From Azolla caroliniana (Eukaryota > Plantae > Polypodiophyta): a stretch of DNA of 64,000 nucleotides. Positions 24,860 through 39,600 of this stretch are shown one piece after another (the stretch's first letter is position 1; every line of letters starts with the position of its first letter). The DNA lies in contig JBHGNT010000013.1 of NCBI GenBank assembly GCA_043228905.1, positions 930,001-994,000 on the forward strand, read 5' to 3'. A program made the position numbers and the translations under genes. The notes under the pieces are model-generated. The model saw only the letters and a program-made list of their open reading frames with translations. It had not been told where the DNA came from and did no database searches.

Positions 24860-25434
24860 CCCCTACTTCAAAAGAGACCTACCGGGCCGAAATGATAATG
24901 AGGGACATCACGAAAGATAGGTGGTTATCTAGGTTCCCGCGAGTAGTGACACCGAGCATCCATATGGAGGTGCTCGAGCTTTAGGCCGACTACCGAAACT
25001 GGGCGGAATTTGAGGGGCGGCTCCTCGAAAGGTACGGTTTTGAGAACTCGCTACGATTGTTGAAACGAGAGTTCATGGAGTGGGTTGAGAGCCCTAGAAA
25101 AGGGGGAAATATGCTGGTGCTCCTCCAAGAGTTCGAAAGGAGATTTGTCGGACTCTCGATATTAGACCGGACCATGCTCGACACAAGCAAGGTCCTATTG
25201 TTTATTAAGTTTCTCGAGGCGCCAGACCGAGAGAAAGTGGTTCTCCTGTTGAAGATGGATGAAGGGCTCACAACCGACTGGGCCGCGATAAAGAGGGTCT
25301 ACAACTGTTTCGATAAGCAACGGGGTTGGAACAACGAGGGGTCGTCTATGGCCAGCTCGACCACAGAGAAAGGTTGGAGGATCCGATTCCGACCCGATCG
25401 GAAGAGACAAAACAGTGACGTCTCGAGCTCATAG
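24860..25434 (+). mobile_element. Degraded gag fragment of the B/C-type Ty3/gypsy family
   Basis: REFMEWVESPRKG...LDRTMLDTSKVLLF matches gag at 47382-48008 and 54002-54840. Confidence 0.8.
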
Positions 25435-25582
25435 CTCCTTTACCGGTCACGTCCAGTTGTACTCTTTCTATTCCTCTGATTAATAATTAGCTTTGTTGAT
25501 TCTCCCATGTGTTTGGGTATCCTTGTGCTTTATTTCTGCTCTTATTTTGTTCGAGAGTGCGTTTCCGGGAGCATGAGCCCAT

Positions 25583-28500
25583 TGTTAAGAAGGCGCTCCG
25601 GCTCTTTTTAGTGCAACAACGGATCGTGATGTTTAGGATCGTTTAGGTTTCAAGGGAGAGAGAAAGGGGGAAGGAGACTCACCTCTGTAGCAGCCCAAAA
25701 ACGTTATTTTTCATTACCCAAAGAAAACCTCTCTCGTTTGTCTACTTACTTCTATTCTTACTTCACTCTTCTACTCATTCTTACTTTTTACCTAAGTATA
25801 TAAGTTACTTACATATTCAGCTAATTAGCTGTGAGTAGTTAAATAGTTGTGAGTAGCTAAATAGTTGTGAACAACTAAATAGTTGTTTTACCTATATGTC
25901 TAATAGTAGTTAATTTCCGAATAGCTACTATAGAAGATCTCAGTTACCAATAAGCATCGCATGCTTTTGTTGAGATTGTTTTTTAACACTCCCTCTCAAG
26001 CTCAACTTATCCATTCTTGAGATCATCTTCAGTCTTCTTTCCTTCATGCTTTCCAACTATCATACCAATGCTTATAACTCCCATCATGTCCCTAAATCGT
26101 GTATGTTTTTCTATGCTTAGTCCCTTCGTAAGAATGTCAACAACTTGCTGATTTGTACTTACATACAACAGATCCACTTCTCCATAAATCACTTTTTCTC
26201 TAACAAAGTGATAATGCACTTCAATGTGCTTTGTTCTTGCATGGAACACTGGGTTTTTTGAGGGCTGAATAATGCTCATATTGTCACACCAAATTGTGAC
26301 TACACCATCTATATACTCTCCCAAATCCCTCATATGAAATTGCATTTCCAATTTTTTCTTCAGCTTTCTTATTTCATCCATAGAATACCTCCAATGATTA
26401 AATCATCAACATAAATAAAAATCACAACAATGCAATCATTCAGAATCTTTACATACAATGATGGATCAACCTTTGACATTTTGAAAGCAATTTTTTTTAG
26501 AGATTCTGAAAGTTCCTTGTGCCATGCTCTCGGTGCTTGTTTCAGTCCATAGAGAGCCTTTTTCAGCTAACAAACATATTCTGGATGCTTCTTATTTTCA
26601 AATCCTGGTGGTTGACACATGTATACTTCCTCTTATAAGTTACCATGTAAAAAGACATTTTTTACATCCATATGGTGCAGAACCCATCTTTTGGTTGCAC
26701 TTACAACAAGTACTGTCCTCAAGGTTGCCATTTTTGCAACTGGTGCAAATGTCTCGTAATAATAAATTCCTTGCATTTGGGCATATCCCTTTGCAACAAG
26801 TCTTGCGTTATGTCTACTTACATTTCCATTGGAATAATGCTTTGTTTTGTAGATCCATTTGCAACCTACCACATTTTATCCTTTTGGCAATTTTACCAAA
26901 TCCCATGTTTTGTTTTAAGCCAATGCATCCATTTCTTCTTGCATTGCATTCACCCATTTCTTCCCAGCTTTTGCTTCATCAAAACTATTTGGATCAGGGA
27001 TTTGTACCACTTTAGACATATATGGACAATGCATAGCCATGTATGTATCATAACATTTTTTTTCTCTCTATCTGATCTTCTCAATTTCTGATTTGCATAT
27101 TTCATTGCTCTTTCAACACCGGAGAATTTCAGCACTTGTGTACCCATCTCTTCATCCAATGATACATACGAATCTACATCTTCCATGTTTCTAGATCCAT
27201 CATCAAGCATTTCATATTCTGGCATCTTTTCTTTTCCCTTTCTATCAACATAATTTTTATGTCTTAGATTTTTTCCACTCCAAGCATTTGAATCAGATTT
27301 ACTACCAGAGTTTTCAAATGGTCCAATACATTCTATTGATGTTGAACTTTTCTATCCAACCTTATTTCCATTTCCATGGCAATCTCTTGCATTTTCAGAT
27401 TTATCTTTGTCTTCATCAGTTTCTACATTTTGTTTTGGGCTGTACCAACTACCCAACTCATCAAATATCACATCACGGCTTACTACAATCTTTTTTGTCA
27501 ACGGGTTATAGCATCTAACCCTTTTTTCTCCTCTGAATATCCTACAAAAACACATTTTTCAGCTTTTGGATCAAGCTTCTTACTTCAGTAGGTACATGAA
27601 CATAAGCAAGGCATCCAAATACTTTTCAAGTGTCCTAAACTAGGTTTCCTGCCATAAAAACATTCTTCAGGAGTTACTACATGTACTCCAGATGTTATGC
27701 ATCTATTTAAAATATAGTTTGTTGTGTTTACAGCTTCAGCCCAGTAATACAATGGTATATTTTTTTCAGTCATCAAGGCTCTTGCTATGTTTACCGAAGT
27801 TCACTTTTTCCTCTCAGCCACTCCATTTGATGTGGAGTATACCTATATATGAACTGTCTCCTTATTCTTTGATTGCATAGAAAATCAGAAAATTCATTTG
27901 AGAAGTATTCTCCTCCTCCATCAGACCTTAAACATTTTATTCTAGTTCCAACCTGCTTTTCTACCATGCATTTGAACTTACGAAAACACTCAAATACTTC
28001 ACTCTTCTCTTTCATGAAGTAAACCCATGTTTCCCTTGAGCAATCATCAATGAACGTTACATAAAACCTACAATCACCAATTGATGCATTTTTTGTAGGT
28101 CCCCATACATCTGTATGTACCAAATCCAACAAGTTTTTGCTTATATGTCTTTCATGAGGGAAAGGCAAACTATTTTGCTTTCCATATTGACATGCTTCAC
28201 ATATTTTGCACATCGCACAGTCTTTCAACTTCGGTTGTCCAGCCACTACATTTTTTCTCAACATATTTTGCAAAGTTGCATACTTATGTGTCCCATTCAA
28301 TTATGCCACATTTCTACATTTGAGATTACATTCATTCCTCCTGCAAACATGCGTGTAATCTTTTTAGGCATATCCACATCTAAAACAAACATTCTTCCTT
28401 GGCGTTTTTCTTTTGCAATCAGCTTTCCATGTTTCTCTATAAAATACCCACTTTGCTTAAACTTTACTTGCATTCCTTGCTCTACTATTTGTCCAACAGA

Positions 28501-30686
28501 AATTAGATTTTTTGCAAGGTTTCGAACATGCATAAGATTCAACATATACTTTGTTTTTCCTCTTTCTTCCAACAATGGAATATCTCCACCATGCTCGATT
28601 AACTTAGTAGTATTGTCACATGTCTGTACATAACCAAGAATCTTTGGTTCTCTTAAACTTTCAAACCAATTTGCATGTCCTGTCATATGATTAGATGCCC
28701 CCGAATCTTCATACCACATATAATCTTCATTACATCTCTGTGAACTTTTAGCCATTGCTGATGTTTCATGTTGTATCACAAAAGCACTCTCTTTGTCACA
28801 ATTTTTCACTAGTTGAAGCATAGTTATTTTGTTGTCTCTTCCCTCTTTTTTCATCATTTTGTTTTTTATAGCATTGAGCCTATGTATGGCCTAGTTTTCC
28901 AAAATACCAACAACCATCATCACTCAAATATGTTTGCTTACCTTTGCCTCGATTGCTCCTCGCGTCTCTAATGTTGTTTCTTCCACTTATAGCTTGTTGT
29001 CCTCTTCCTCGGCCCCTTCCAGCACTATTGTAGAGAGCTCTCCCCTCAGTTTCAGAGTTTCCTTTGTTTGTATCTTCAATTTGATTTCTTTCTTCCACTA
29101 CTAGCATTGAAACCAGATCTACAAAACTTGGGATACTATCCCTTGTGAGAATGGATGTTTTGAAGTTTTTATATTGAGGTCCTAAGCCTCTTAAGCATAA
29201 TTCTACTTTATCATCATCTTTATCTTCACATTAATAGAAGCAAGTGATTCTCATATGCTCTTAATTTTCAGAGCATACTCATTGACTGACATCTTACCTT
29301 TTTCCAAGGTATTTAGTTCAGTCTTCAACTGAAGTTTTCTTGCCTTTGTATTTATTGCAAACAGTTTCACCAAACTGTCCCAAGCTTCTTTTGGAAGCAG
29401 AGCATCTTGTATATTGTGAAAATGTTTTTAGAATCCAAGACATTGAAGATTAGAAGAATATAAAGTACGGATAATTCACATTTGGAGGCTAAGAACATGA
29501 ACCAAGACCTTAAGAAGAAGTGAAAAGTAAAAGTAAGATACATAGAGAAAAGTAAAAAGAGAAAAGTAAGATACATTTGGAGGAGCCTTGGGAAGAGGTG
29601 TCTTAGTGGAAGAGGAAGGGTCTTAGTAGTGGGTTTGAGTGATTGGAAGTAAGAAGGTCTTTGGTTTTTTAGTTCAATGTGGAGTTTATCTCCTTTGTAT
29701 GGTCTTGATAATTGAATATTATAACATTCTTACCCCTTTCTCATCTTATCTATCTTTTAAGTAAATTTCTTGAGTCTCCCTCTCTAATTTGTAGTTATCT
29801 TGGGCGTTATTGTCTATTTTAATTCATAACTCTCTCTAATATGCTTGGTCAAGCCCACATATTGTGTACGGCAATCCTTTATCTTATACACCCTATCATA
29901 TATGTCCAAGCATCCAATCTGAGATGTTAAGTGACAACCAATGCAATACTTTTCTTGGCCCTTGATTCCAATATTTAAATGCTTTGATTTGAGGAGTAGT
30001 TACATTTTCTTCAGAATCTTTGGAGCCTCTTCTAGGTCTCCTTCAATGTAAATCCAGTATTCTTTTCCCATCAGTAAATTTGTCATTCTGAATTTTCACG
30101 CAGGGAAATTATTTTTATCCAGTTTTTCTGTGACTATTTGGCTTCCACTTTCAGCAACCATCTCTCTTTTTCAATATGGCTTTAGCTACGATTAACTTCA
30201 ACAAGAACCTCTCTTATTCAGATCAGCAAATGGAGAAATTTTCTCATATTTGTATTGTTCTTCTTTACGAGCAACTTTGATCTGATACCATGTTAAGAAG
30301 GCGCTCCGGCTCTTCTTAGTGCAACAACGGATCGTGATGTGCAGGATTGTTTAGGTTTCAAGGGAGAGAGAACGGGGGAAAGAGACTCACCTCTGTAGCA
30401 GCCCGAAAATGTTCTTTTTCATTACACAAAGAAAACCTCTCTTGTTTGTCTACTTACTTCTCTTCTTACTTGACTCTCCGACTCATTCTTATTTTTTTTT
30501 ACCTAAGTATATAAGTGACTTACATATTCAGCTAATTAGTTGTGATTACCTAATTAGCTGTGAGTAGCTAAATAGTTGTGAGCAGCTAAATAGATGTCTA
30601 ATAGTAGTTAATTTCCTAATAGCTACTATAGAAGATCTCAGTTACCAATAAGCATCACATGCTTTTGTTGAGCTTGTTTCTTAACA
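25583..30686 (-). mobile_element. Degenerate Ty1/copia element with both LTRs (5' LTR 30291-30686, 3' LTR 25583-25988, tRNA-iMet PBS 30281-30290)
   Basis: Similar TG..CA LTRs; PBS TGGTATCAGA; PPT; flanks CCCAT/CTCAT (TSD with one mismatch); gag-PR-INT-RT-RH fragments. Confidence 0.93.
29415..29898 (-). mobile_element. Solo LTR inserted in copia gag
   Basis: TG...CA termini, TATAT 5-bp TSD (29410-29414 and 29899-29903); gag frame ...MLGHI|QDA... is restored on removal. Confidence 0.75.
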
Positions 30687-30779
30687 CTCATGAGTTCTTC
30701 ATTCTACCCGGCATTCGGCCCGGGGCAACATACGTCTCTGAGTTGTGCGCTCACCGTATGGCATCCGAGTAATTAATCT

Positions 30780-32276
30780 AGATTAGATTACACGTCTGGA
30801 CACCGATCCGGTGAAGTTATCAAGAGACCGATCTGGACAACCCTTCTTCTCTCGTTGGCTTCTTGGTTCGAGACCCCAGTGGTTCCTCCCCGCTCCAACA
30901 CATACATGTGGATTACCGCGACAACACGCTCTTCGGGTGTTTTCCCTGTGAAATCGACAACTGCTAAGGTCATCTACAGGGGCTCGCGAAGGGCCAACAG
31001 AAATGTCTCTTTAAGCTCATCAACTAGGGGTGGCTATGTCAGCTGTCGCCGGAGTCTTTGGAAGTGTATGACAAACTACGGGACGGTCTCATGAGTCTCT
31101 TGTCAAATAGTGTAAAACTGACTCATCAACTCTCGTTGTGGGATCTGATGATGAAACAGTCGGAGGAACTTGTCCTTTAATGTTTGAAATATGGGAATTC
31201 TGCTAGGTTGCCTTGCGAATACCAATTCGCCGCTTGCCCATCCAGGAATAACCCAAACTCGGCTATCTTTGACACATTTGTGTCCTCCGCTGCTAGCGCT
31301 GAGATGGTTTGCCTCCCATGTTGTCAAGAAGGCACGAATGTGTGCCTCAACATTTGCTTCATAGTTGTACCGGGGATAAGGGCACGACATTGTGTCGTAT
31401 TCTTGATCGTCGAATGTGTCCTTGATGAGGTTGTTTTCGCGGTGTGTCATATGGTGGATGTGGTCATGGTGATCCACCTCGGAACTATTGCCGTTGGTTG
31501 TGAAGAGTTCAAACTGCTCATTTGAGTGGGCTTTCTGATGCGTGGTGTCTGCTCGGTGAGCGTGGATTCCACCAAACTTCCTTTGTGGTCTAACTATTGG
31601 ACGTCCACTAGGGACTGGTCTGCGGACGCGACTACTATCGCACGTCAAGTTTGAGGGTTTCGTCTAGTCATCTCTTTGTTGCCGTGTCGACTAGACAACA
31701 TCCATGCTCTTGTTGTTCTTTGTGTCTTCAGAGTCCCACCCGGAGTGCCAAAAGTGTTACTGGTCCTTTGGCAACATGGGGTCGGATATTCAGTCCTTTG
31801 GTATCCGACTCAAGGTCTTGTGGACAAGAGATTGGAGTGTAGGCTGAGATTGAAGTGAAAGATAATATCGTCAACAACCAAGGTTTAAGTTATGTGGCCT
31901 TTTGGGTAATGGGTTGGGTCTACTCTGAGGTCTGTGGAGTTTCAACACCAAGCCGGCTACAACCGACTTGCAGACGTAATACACACTAGAGATTACATTT
32001 ATTCGATACAACTCAGTACTCGACACAAGACACACAAAGTATGAGCAAACAGATATTCGATTAAAGATAGACTTACTTGGCTAATGCAATATCCAACAAC
32101 TTTTACAAAACTACATGACCCTTTTTATAGGGTATGGACGGTTACATTCTTTTAATACATGAAAAACAGTACTTCCTATAATTATGCATTACTTCTGGTT
32201 CTTCCTCTAGCCCCACTTCGACCCAAGTCTGTCCCCACAACCCTTTTCATACCTTGGTCGTCCTGGCAGGTGAACA
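30780..32276 (-). mobile_element. 5' remnant of a Ty3/gypsy element (LTR-like ~31856-32276 plus degenerate gag)
   Basis: gag-like ...EAHIRAFLTTW...LKDKFLRLFH...RELMSQFY; TGTTCAC terminus abuts a LINE fragment. Confidence 0.65.
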
Positions 32277-32576
32277 TTGTGGTGTGATGGCTTGATTGAC
32301 TAGAGTTGGTGGTGTTGGAGATATCGCATTTTAGCTCAAAGTATAAGAAGTTATGATCAGCACCAATAGAGCATGGGGCCACCCAGAAGGAGTTAATCAT
32401 GTGGGTAGCTTCAGGGCATCCTATTAGATAATCAATTGTGCTTTCCCCTCCTCCATGTGAGAAACATGTGAGCTCTTCCGAGCCCGACCACTTTGCTAAA
32501 CCATTATATATGATCATGTGGTGCCAAATTCCAAGTTCAAGCAGATGATGGCCAAAGCTTGTGGAGTCTACACCTT
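32277..32576 (-). mobile_element. Fragment of the same LINE family (endonuclease region)
   Basis: High similarity to ~19527-19827 (MIIYNGLAKW...GGGEST.DYLIG). Confidence 0.9.
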
Positions 32577-33761
32577 AGAGAGAGGAATCATTTGATTGAG
32601 TGAAGTTAATTAAATAGACAGATAAATAAGAATCAAGGAAATTGACATCATGGGGATGCATTAAAGGAGAAGAAGGAATACAATTTGTTAATCATTCTTT
32701 GTACGATCCACTTTTCTATTCTACAAACCCCATCTTTTCAAAGGGGATCGCGAAATAAATATATGAACGGAAAAGTTATAACTTTTTATGTTTAAAGAGT
32801 TTATGGTACCACTTTTCTTTTTGCATAAATTTTATATATCAAAGAATCTCCAACACAAGCAAGGGTCACCTTTGAACAACCTTCAGAAGTGTTATAGCAT
32901 ATGTTTTCCATTTGATTAAGCAAAGTGATTTGAAAGACACGACATTCTAAATATAAAATGACAAAATGGTAATTTGAACCTTCATTTTTAATTTATTGTC
33001 AAGTACCATGACAACATCTATGACGTCGTTACATTTACAACACATTATATATCACTTTATAATGTAGATTGTTCATAGTGCATACTACATAGTACAATTT
33101 TTTGTACCACAACTTTTGAGACTTCATCTATATAAAACCATTCAAATCAATTTCATGACAACTACGACTAAATGCACCTTTATTCAATGCATCTTCCCAT
33201 TGTTTTCAACTCTACGATTGTGAAACGTGAATTTATAAAGGCCATGTTTCTATGGTGAAAATTGTAAGTAGGATGCTCCTAACATGTTGTAATCATGAAG
33301 AACTTTTATAAAACACAAGAAATATACCCAACCAATCATTGGACTTCTTAGGTTTGAAGTTGTTGTCTCAATGCCATTTTCAAAATACCAATCAATAACT
33401 CCCTAGAAAAAAGAATAATGTCAATATGTTACTATTTATTTAAAAAAATTATGTTTATGTCTACTTGATAAAAAAGGTAACAATTTATTATATATTAGCG
33501 AGTTGAGTAAAGATTCTTCATTAACTATCCCTACTACATATCACAACTGCAATTATCCCCATATGTTGATTGTCATGTTGCGTGAAATTTATTATTCTTA
33601 TTCATAATTGTAGCTATAAATAATAATTGCCACAATTAAATCCATCACTAACAAACTCTTTGAAAATTTTCATCTTCCAAGTTGTTCTCGTCAATCTAAA
33701 CATATCTTTATGTCATAATTATTACATTTCGATCTACTATGACAACATCAGTAGTATGCAA

Positions 33762-34676
33762 CTAGCGAAGAACCCTGTCTTCCACGCTTGCACCAGCACA
33801 TAGAAGAGCATTACCACTTTGTGCGCAAGCGAGTCTTGGGTGGTGAGGTCGAACTAAGTTACATGTTCGGACCAATCGGCAAGTAGCCGACATTTTTACC
33901 AAGGCCCTCGGCCTAAACAAGTTGCGGAATATTTCGGAGATGCTTGGGCTACAACATCTCGACATGTTGCACTTGAGGGGGAGAATGGATACGGATAAGG
34001 AGCTAGACAGGGGGAGATCGATAGAAAGAAACAACAACCACAAAGATGCGCCGCAGCTAGCCGAACAACGAAGGGGGAGAGCCGACGAATCGGAGACCGC
34101 CGATTCGGATAATGTGAGCGATTCGGACAAGCTGAATCTGAAAGACTCTGAATGATCAAGGGGGCAGCTGACGCCAATACCGATACGGGAGAGCCGACGG
34201 ATCGAAGGGTGTCAGAGCCAAAGAGGTAGGAAGAAGGCTGACGAGGCCTAGTGGACGGGAGGAGGAGAGCTGACAGGAGGAGCCAGAACAACGAACCAGT
34301 AGTGCAAACAAAGAAAAAACCCCTAGCTTGAGCTTGAGGGGGAGTATTGAGAGAACAAGCTCAACAGGAGGCCGGAGCCGACTCGGCAAGAGCCAAAAGG
34401 TCGAAGACAATTCCACTATGGGTCATAAGGGACAAAAGGACGACATGGCCATAAGGGCTGACTGGGCGACAAGGCCATAAGGGTCGTAAGTGTTGTTAGG
34501 ATGTATATTCCTAACTTAATACTAGGAATATTATAGGTTGATTAGTTGTCAGAGCTCATAAGTGAGCATTTAGTACTTGTGTCGGTACTTGAGTTAGCAT
34601 GTTGTTAGAGGCTTGTATATAAAGTGCTCTATGAGCACATTGTTTGTGGTGAGGATTATTGTTTTGAATTGAACAT

Positions 34677-34722
<46 letters not shown>

Positions 34723-34870
34723 CTTTGTCTCCATCTCCAACCTTTGTGATTTTACACACAATGGCAAAGATTCAAATGTTGCACCCATCTGTGCTTTATG
34801 TTACTCCTAATATGTTGTATTGCTTTAGATACCTTTTTATACTTCTTTACCTTAGGCTTATCTCTACTAC
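33762..34870 (+). mobile_element. copia 3' remnant (RNase H end, extended 3' region, PPT, LTR-like sequence)
   Basis: NPVFHA..KHIE.HYHFVR, QVADIFTKAL; PPT TTGAGGGGGAG at ~34334; right end approximate. Confidence 0.7.
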
Positions 34871-34899
34871 CTAAACTAGAGAATTTACAAGCTCCATTT

Positions 34900-35655
34900 T
34901 AGGATAACCAAAATTGCTTCGAACTATGTTTGTGCCCCAATCTATTGAGGTTCCATGCTTTAATAGCCTGCTTAAAAACTCCTCCCATATTTCTCCTTTG
35001 AGGGAGACCCTATTTCGCTCATGATTAAGCCTTACTATCAAGAATTGAACCAAATTCCTCCTGTCTTGGTTCTTGACTTTTACATATGCTTACCCATTTT
35101 CAAGCACCTTGGTCTCCATTCAAGTTGTCCTGATGCACGGCTCCCCCAATATGATGGGATAAGAGGATGTCTCCTAGATAAAGAAATGTTGTTCTATTTG
35201 CACATTTCATACCTTCACTCTTAAATTTGGAGCAAACACCATGTAATTACTTTGTCACTCTAGTCACCTCCTTTATCTCCCACTCATGTTTGGTGCTAAT
35301 CAACCATTTCCCCTTTTGGTAAAAGTCCATGGACATTAAATTGATCTCGAATCCATCAACAATCAATGCCACCATCGGCTCTTTCAATCCCCAATTCGCA
35401 TCAGGGTTTTTGTTGACGATCTTGTTCAATGTGACCTTGAATAGTGACTATCCATGTAGCCTTCTTCAACCTTGAACGTGTCAATTGCCACCACATTCAC
35501 ATTCATGGGCCTCACCCCTTCTAGCTCGGTCAAATATCATTTTCTTTTCATTGTTTCAATAATGACTTCGTAGAATTACTTATTTGCTATGCCAAGGACC
35601 TCTTGTAGAGTAAACTCTACGTGACTATTGATGATCCTTTCCTCCATCACTCGTT
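34900..35655 (-). mobile_element. Degraded gag-protease fragment of the B/C-type gypsy family
   Basis: EPMVALIVDGFEINLMSMDFY.KGKW, VQFL.VR.NHERNR. Confidence 0.75.
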
Positions 35656-36601
35656 GTTGCGAACTTACGTGCGTGCTTGTGAAATCTGACCACCGGGGAA
35701 CATGGGTGACTTGAAGGCTTGTCAGAGTTGAAAGCTCCTAGCAGTTGAAAGATCACTAGACTCAAAGTTTCTTCAGACATGAAGTCTCATCAGAGTCGAA
35801 CGCTCTCTTGTGTTGATGGAAAGACGAAGTCAAAGGTAGGGCAGAGTCGAAGGTTAGGTAGAGTGGAACAACGATTATAGAATGGAACATGCTCCGAGGT
35901 CAGAATCAAAATCCGAAAACTCTGTCGGGGTCCTCGTGTCGAAGGCTTCGTGCTAGATACTTAAACAAGGATTTGAACAAAATAGTGAAATAAAATTATA
36001 TTAACATTTTGTAGGCAATTGTAAGTTAAAGAAAGTGTGATATTACAACGAGAAAAATTCTTGGCTCCTTTACATGGAGTGGACAGAAATAGAAGAAAAA
36101 TAGGAATAAGACAGGAGTAAATAGAAATGGTAAGATCAAAGTAGATCTTTAAGGAGATATCCTCAAGTTTTGGTAATGACGTCTCAACGAATGACAACCA
36201 TGTCACCTTTTGTCATCGTTGATCTCCCATGCCCTCTTGATTCGCAACCCTAACTCCCTCTCCCGAATTCGGCAACTCTTCCGCCTCTCTCACTTTATTT
36301 AAACGACAAGATAACACGATTGGGACACAAAACATGCTCATATGTCATATTAATAGAAAAGCTTACAACCATCCCAAATTGGGACAAATCACAATAGAAA
36401 CTCGGAGTTAGGACAAGTTGGGACTAAGTTAGGCCAAATCGGGATGGACCGGGACAGATTCGGGACTCGGTCAGGACAAGTTGAAACAAAACCAAAATCC
36501 ACCAAAGGAGAGGGAAAAGCACTACGTTAAAATGGTGAGAATGAGAGAGTGAAAGTGTGTTGTAAATAGCTGTCTAATGCGGAACAAAACCAACACTCTT
36601 T

Positions 36602-39600
36602 TGATTAAGATCTTTTAAGTAGACAACATATTCAAAAACATATTAACCGAGATAGACAAAAATACTCTTTTGATTAAGATCTTTTAAAAACATATTCAAC
36701 ACTCTTTTGAATACTGAGAAAGACAACTGAGTCAAGACAAGATCAAAGGAACAAGAGCAAAGACAAGGCAACTAGGTTAGGCACAAGACTATTATTCTGC
36801 TCAACGTTACAATGGCATAGTGTACAACATGAACAACCCTGACAACTAAGTTACAAAAGTCTATTTAAATACCAATTGACTTAGGGCAACAACCCTTTCC
36901 ACTATTTACATAAATAGCCTAAACCTAGTGTGTCTAATGAGACAGTGTGAATACGTCCATTATTTTCCCGTATTCGACATTCCCCCATAATGGGCATGGC
37001 ATTTACAACAAAAGATCTGTAAATCGAAGACTAAAAAAAATTACAAATTTATAAAAAAAGGTGTTGAACTAAGCGTCTTGCAGCCAAATCGGCAATGGCT
37101 GAAAAATAGAGGATCAACTGAAGCTGAATCGGATAGTCCAAAGCCGAATCCCAAACAAGTCGAGGCCGATTGTCCAAGAGCATCCTTATTGTCCAATTTA
37201 ATCGGACTGATATTTCCTGACGCCCAACTGGTGCCGAAGGGACTGGAATTGGTCCGTCAGAAGACACTTGGTCATCCCATCTACGACATTATCGGCTATC
37301 GATATTTTCTCGAAGCCAAATTTCCTTCAAATGACACAGTCCCGAACGAAGTGGTATCGAACATCGATATGTATTGAGGTGTTATTGTGAACCGGATTCC
37401 GTGACAAAGCGATAGCGCCTTGACTGTCACTATAGACAACTTGAGCCGAGTCGGAGTCGGCTTGTCAAAATGTGCGCGTCAACCGTCCAAGCCACACAAC
37501 TTCCTTTGCTGCATCGAAGGTGGATATGTATTCCGCTTCTGTGATTGAGGTCTTCATGCACTCCTCGAGTTTCGACTTCCAAGAGATTCTCCATTGCCGA
37601 ATTTAATGTAGTATTTGGTTGTCGATTTTCAAATGTGCAAGCAGCCAGCAAAGTCTGAGTCACCGACTACGCTTGAAGTCTCATTCAGGCCGAATAGGAT
37701 GATGTAGTCTTTTGTGTCCACTAGATATCTGAACACATGCTTGACTACATTCCAATGCGATCGGTCAGGATTGTGCATAAATATGCTAACGACTTTTACC
37801 GCATGGGCTAGGTTCAGCCATGTTGCAACCATTGCATACATCAAGGAGTCGACAACCGGTGCATATGGAATCGGCATCATAGTTTCCCCCTTCCGGACTA
37901 GATGTCGGGCAATCCTTTTGAGATAGCCAAACGCTAATTGGGAGTGGGGTCGAAGCAATTTTTTCTATTTGCATGTTGAAGCACTCTCAGACACGTCCAA
38001 TGTAGTCAACTTGTGACACAAATAGTTGTCGTTGATTCCAAAGCTAATTAATCTTCATCCCTAAAAGGTGTCTCACCAAACCAAGGTCCTTCATGATGAA
38101 CTTCAACCATAGTTGCCAAACGAGGTTGGCGAGCTCTCCGGCATGCCGGCCCGAGAGTAGTGGTCCATGTAGATTATGAGGAAGATGGGAGACCCATCTC
38201 GAGTTGTTTTGGTGAAGAGGTAGTGGTCCTCATCTTTCTTTGAGAAGTTGGCTGATTGGATGAAATCATTGAACTTCTTATACCATTCCCAGGCACCTAT
38301 TTGAGGCCGTATAGACTCTTCTCGAGTCTACAGACTAGATGTTCCTGCTCCATATAAATCTCCTCCATTAGGTCACCATGGAGGAATGTCGTTTTGACAT
38401 CTAGTTGGATTAGCTCCAAATCCTCAACTGCCATGACGCCGAGCATAAAGTGCAAGATTGTCATCTTCACCAATGGTGAGAAGATTTCGTCGAAGTCAAT
38501 GTTGTATTCTTGTCGAAACCCTTTCGCTACTAATCTGCCCTTGAATTTTGGGTTGGCCATATCGAATATCTCTTTTAGACTATAGACCCACTTGCAAGAA
38601 AGAGCATGTCAATTTTTTGATAATTCGACCAAGTCCCAAGTCTTGTTTTGTTAGATCGAGCTCATCTCTAACTCCATCGCTGGATGCCAAGTGGCTGAAT
38701 CAGCTAATGTCAATGCTTCTTCATATCACATCGGCTCATCAGCGTCCATGAAGAAGATTCCAAGAGACTATCTCTCTGGAGGCTATGATAGTCTTTCAGA
38801 TCTTCGGTATGATTGGGTTAGCTGGATCGGATGTTTGGATTGGATGGTCCGGAGCCGAAGCATTCAACTATGCCAAATTGGCTGCAACTGATTTGGTGCT
38901 AGAGGATTTGGCTACCCATGAAGCCGACCGTGTGTTTTGGGTTGGGCCGTCATGAAGGGTTGGCACTTCTTAAAAGATTATTGTTCGAACTTCAACAGGC
39001 CTTTCAACCGTCTCTTGCATGACTGACTCTATGAAGACAACGACCGAGCTTTGAATGATTTGTCTATTCTTTGGGTCCCATAATCGATATCCATCTTTGT
39101 CGTCTAGTCCATAGCCAAGGAAAATGCATTTTTTGGACCTGGGTTTGAGCTTTCGGCGATCCTCTTTTGGCGCGAGGGAATATGCCTCGCATCCAAAAAT
39201 CCTCAGCTTGTCATAATTCGGCTTCCTACCGATTCATAATTCCTGAAGTATTTGAAGTCCTAGAGGCCTGCTCGGCGACATATTAATTATGTGCATTGTC
39301 GTAAGCAGGGCCTCTGCCCAAAAGCCATCCGACAGTCTAGAGTGTTGGAGCATAGCTACAATTCATTCCTGAATTGTCTGATTCATCCGTTTGGCAATTT
39401 CGTTTTGCTCCGGACTATTAGGTGTCGTATATTCACATCTGATGTCGCGTTGTCGGCAAAATCTAATGAATTGTTCACTCTTAAACTCTCCCTTGTTGTC
39501 AGTCCATAAGCATTTCAGCTTCTGTTCTAATGATTTCAACCAGCAAGCCATTCTGAAAAGATCAATAACACTCCGTCTTTGGTTTTGGCCAAATATGCCC

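Noticed and set aside
32600-33750. AT-rich stretch, possibly a decayed DNA transposon or Helitron
   Set aside because: No termini, TSD or coding motif could be identified
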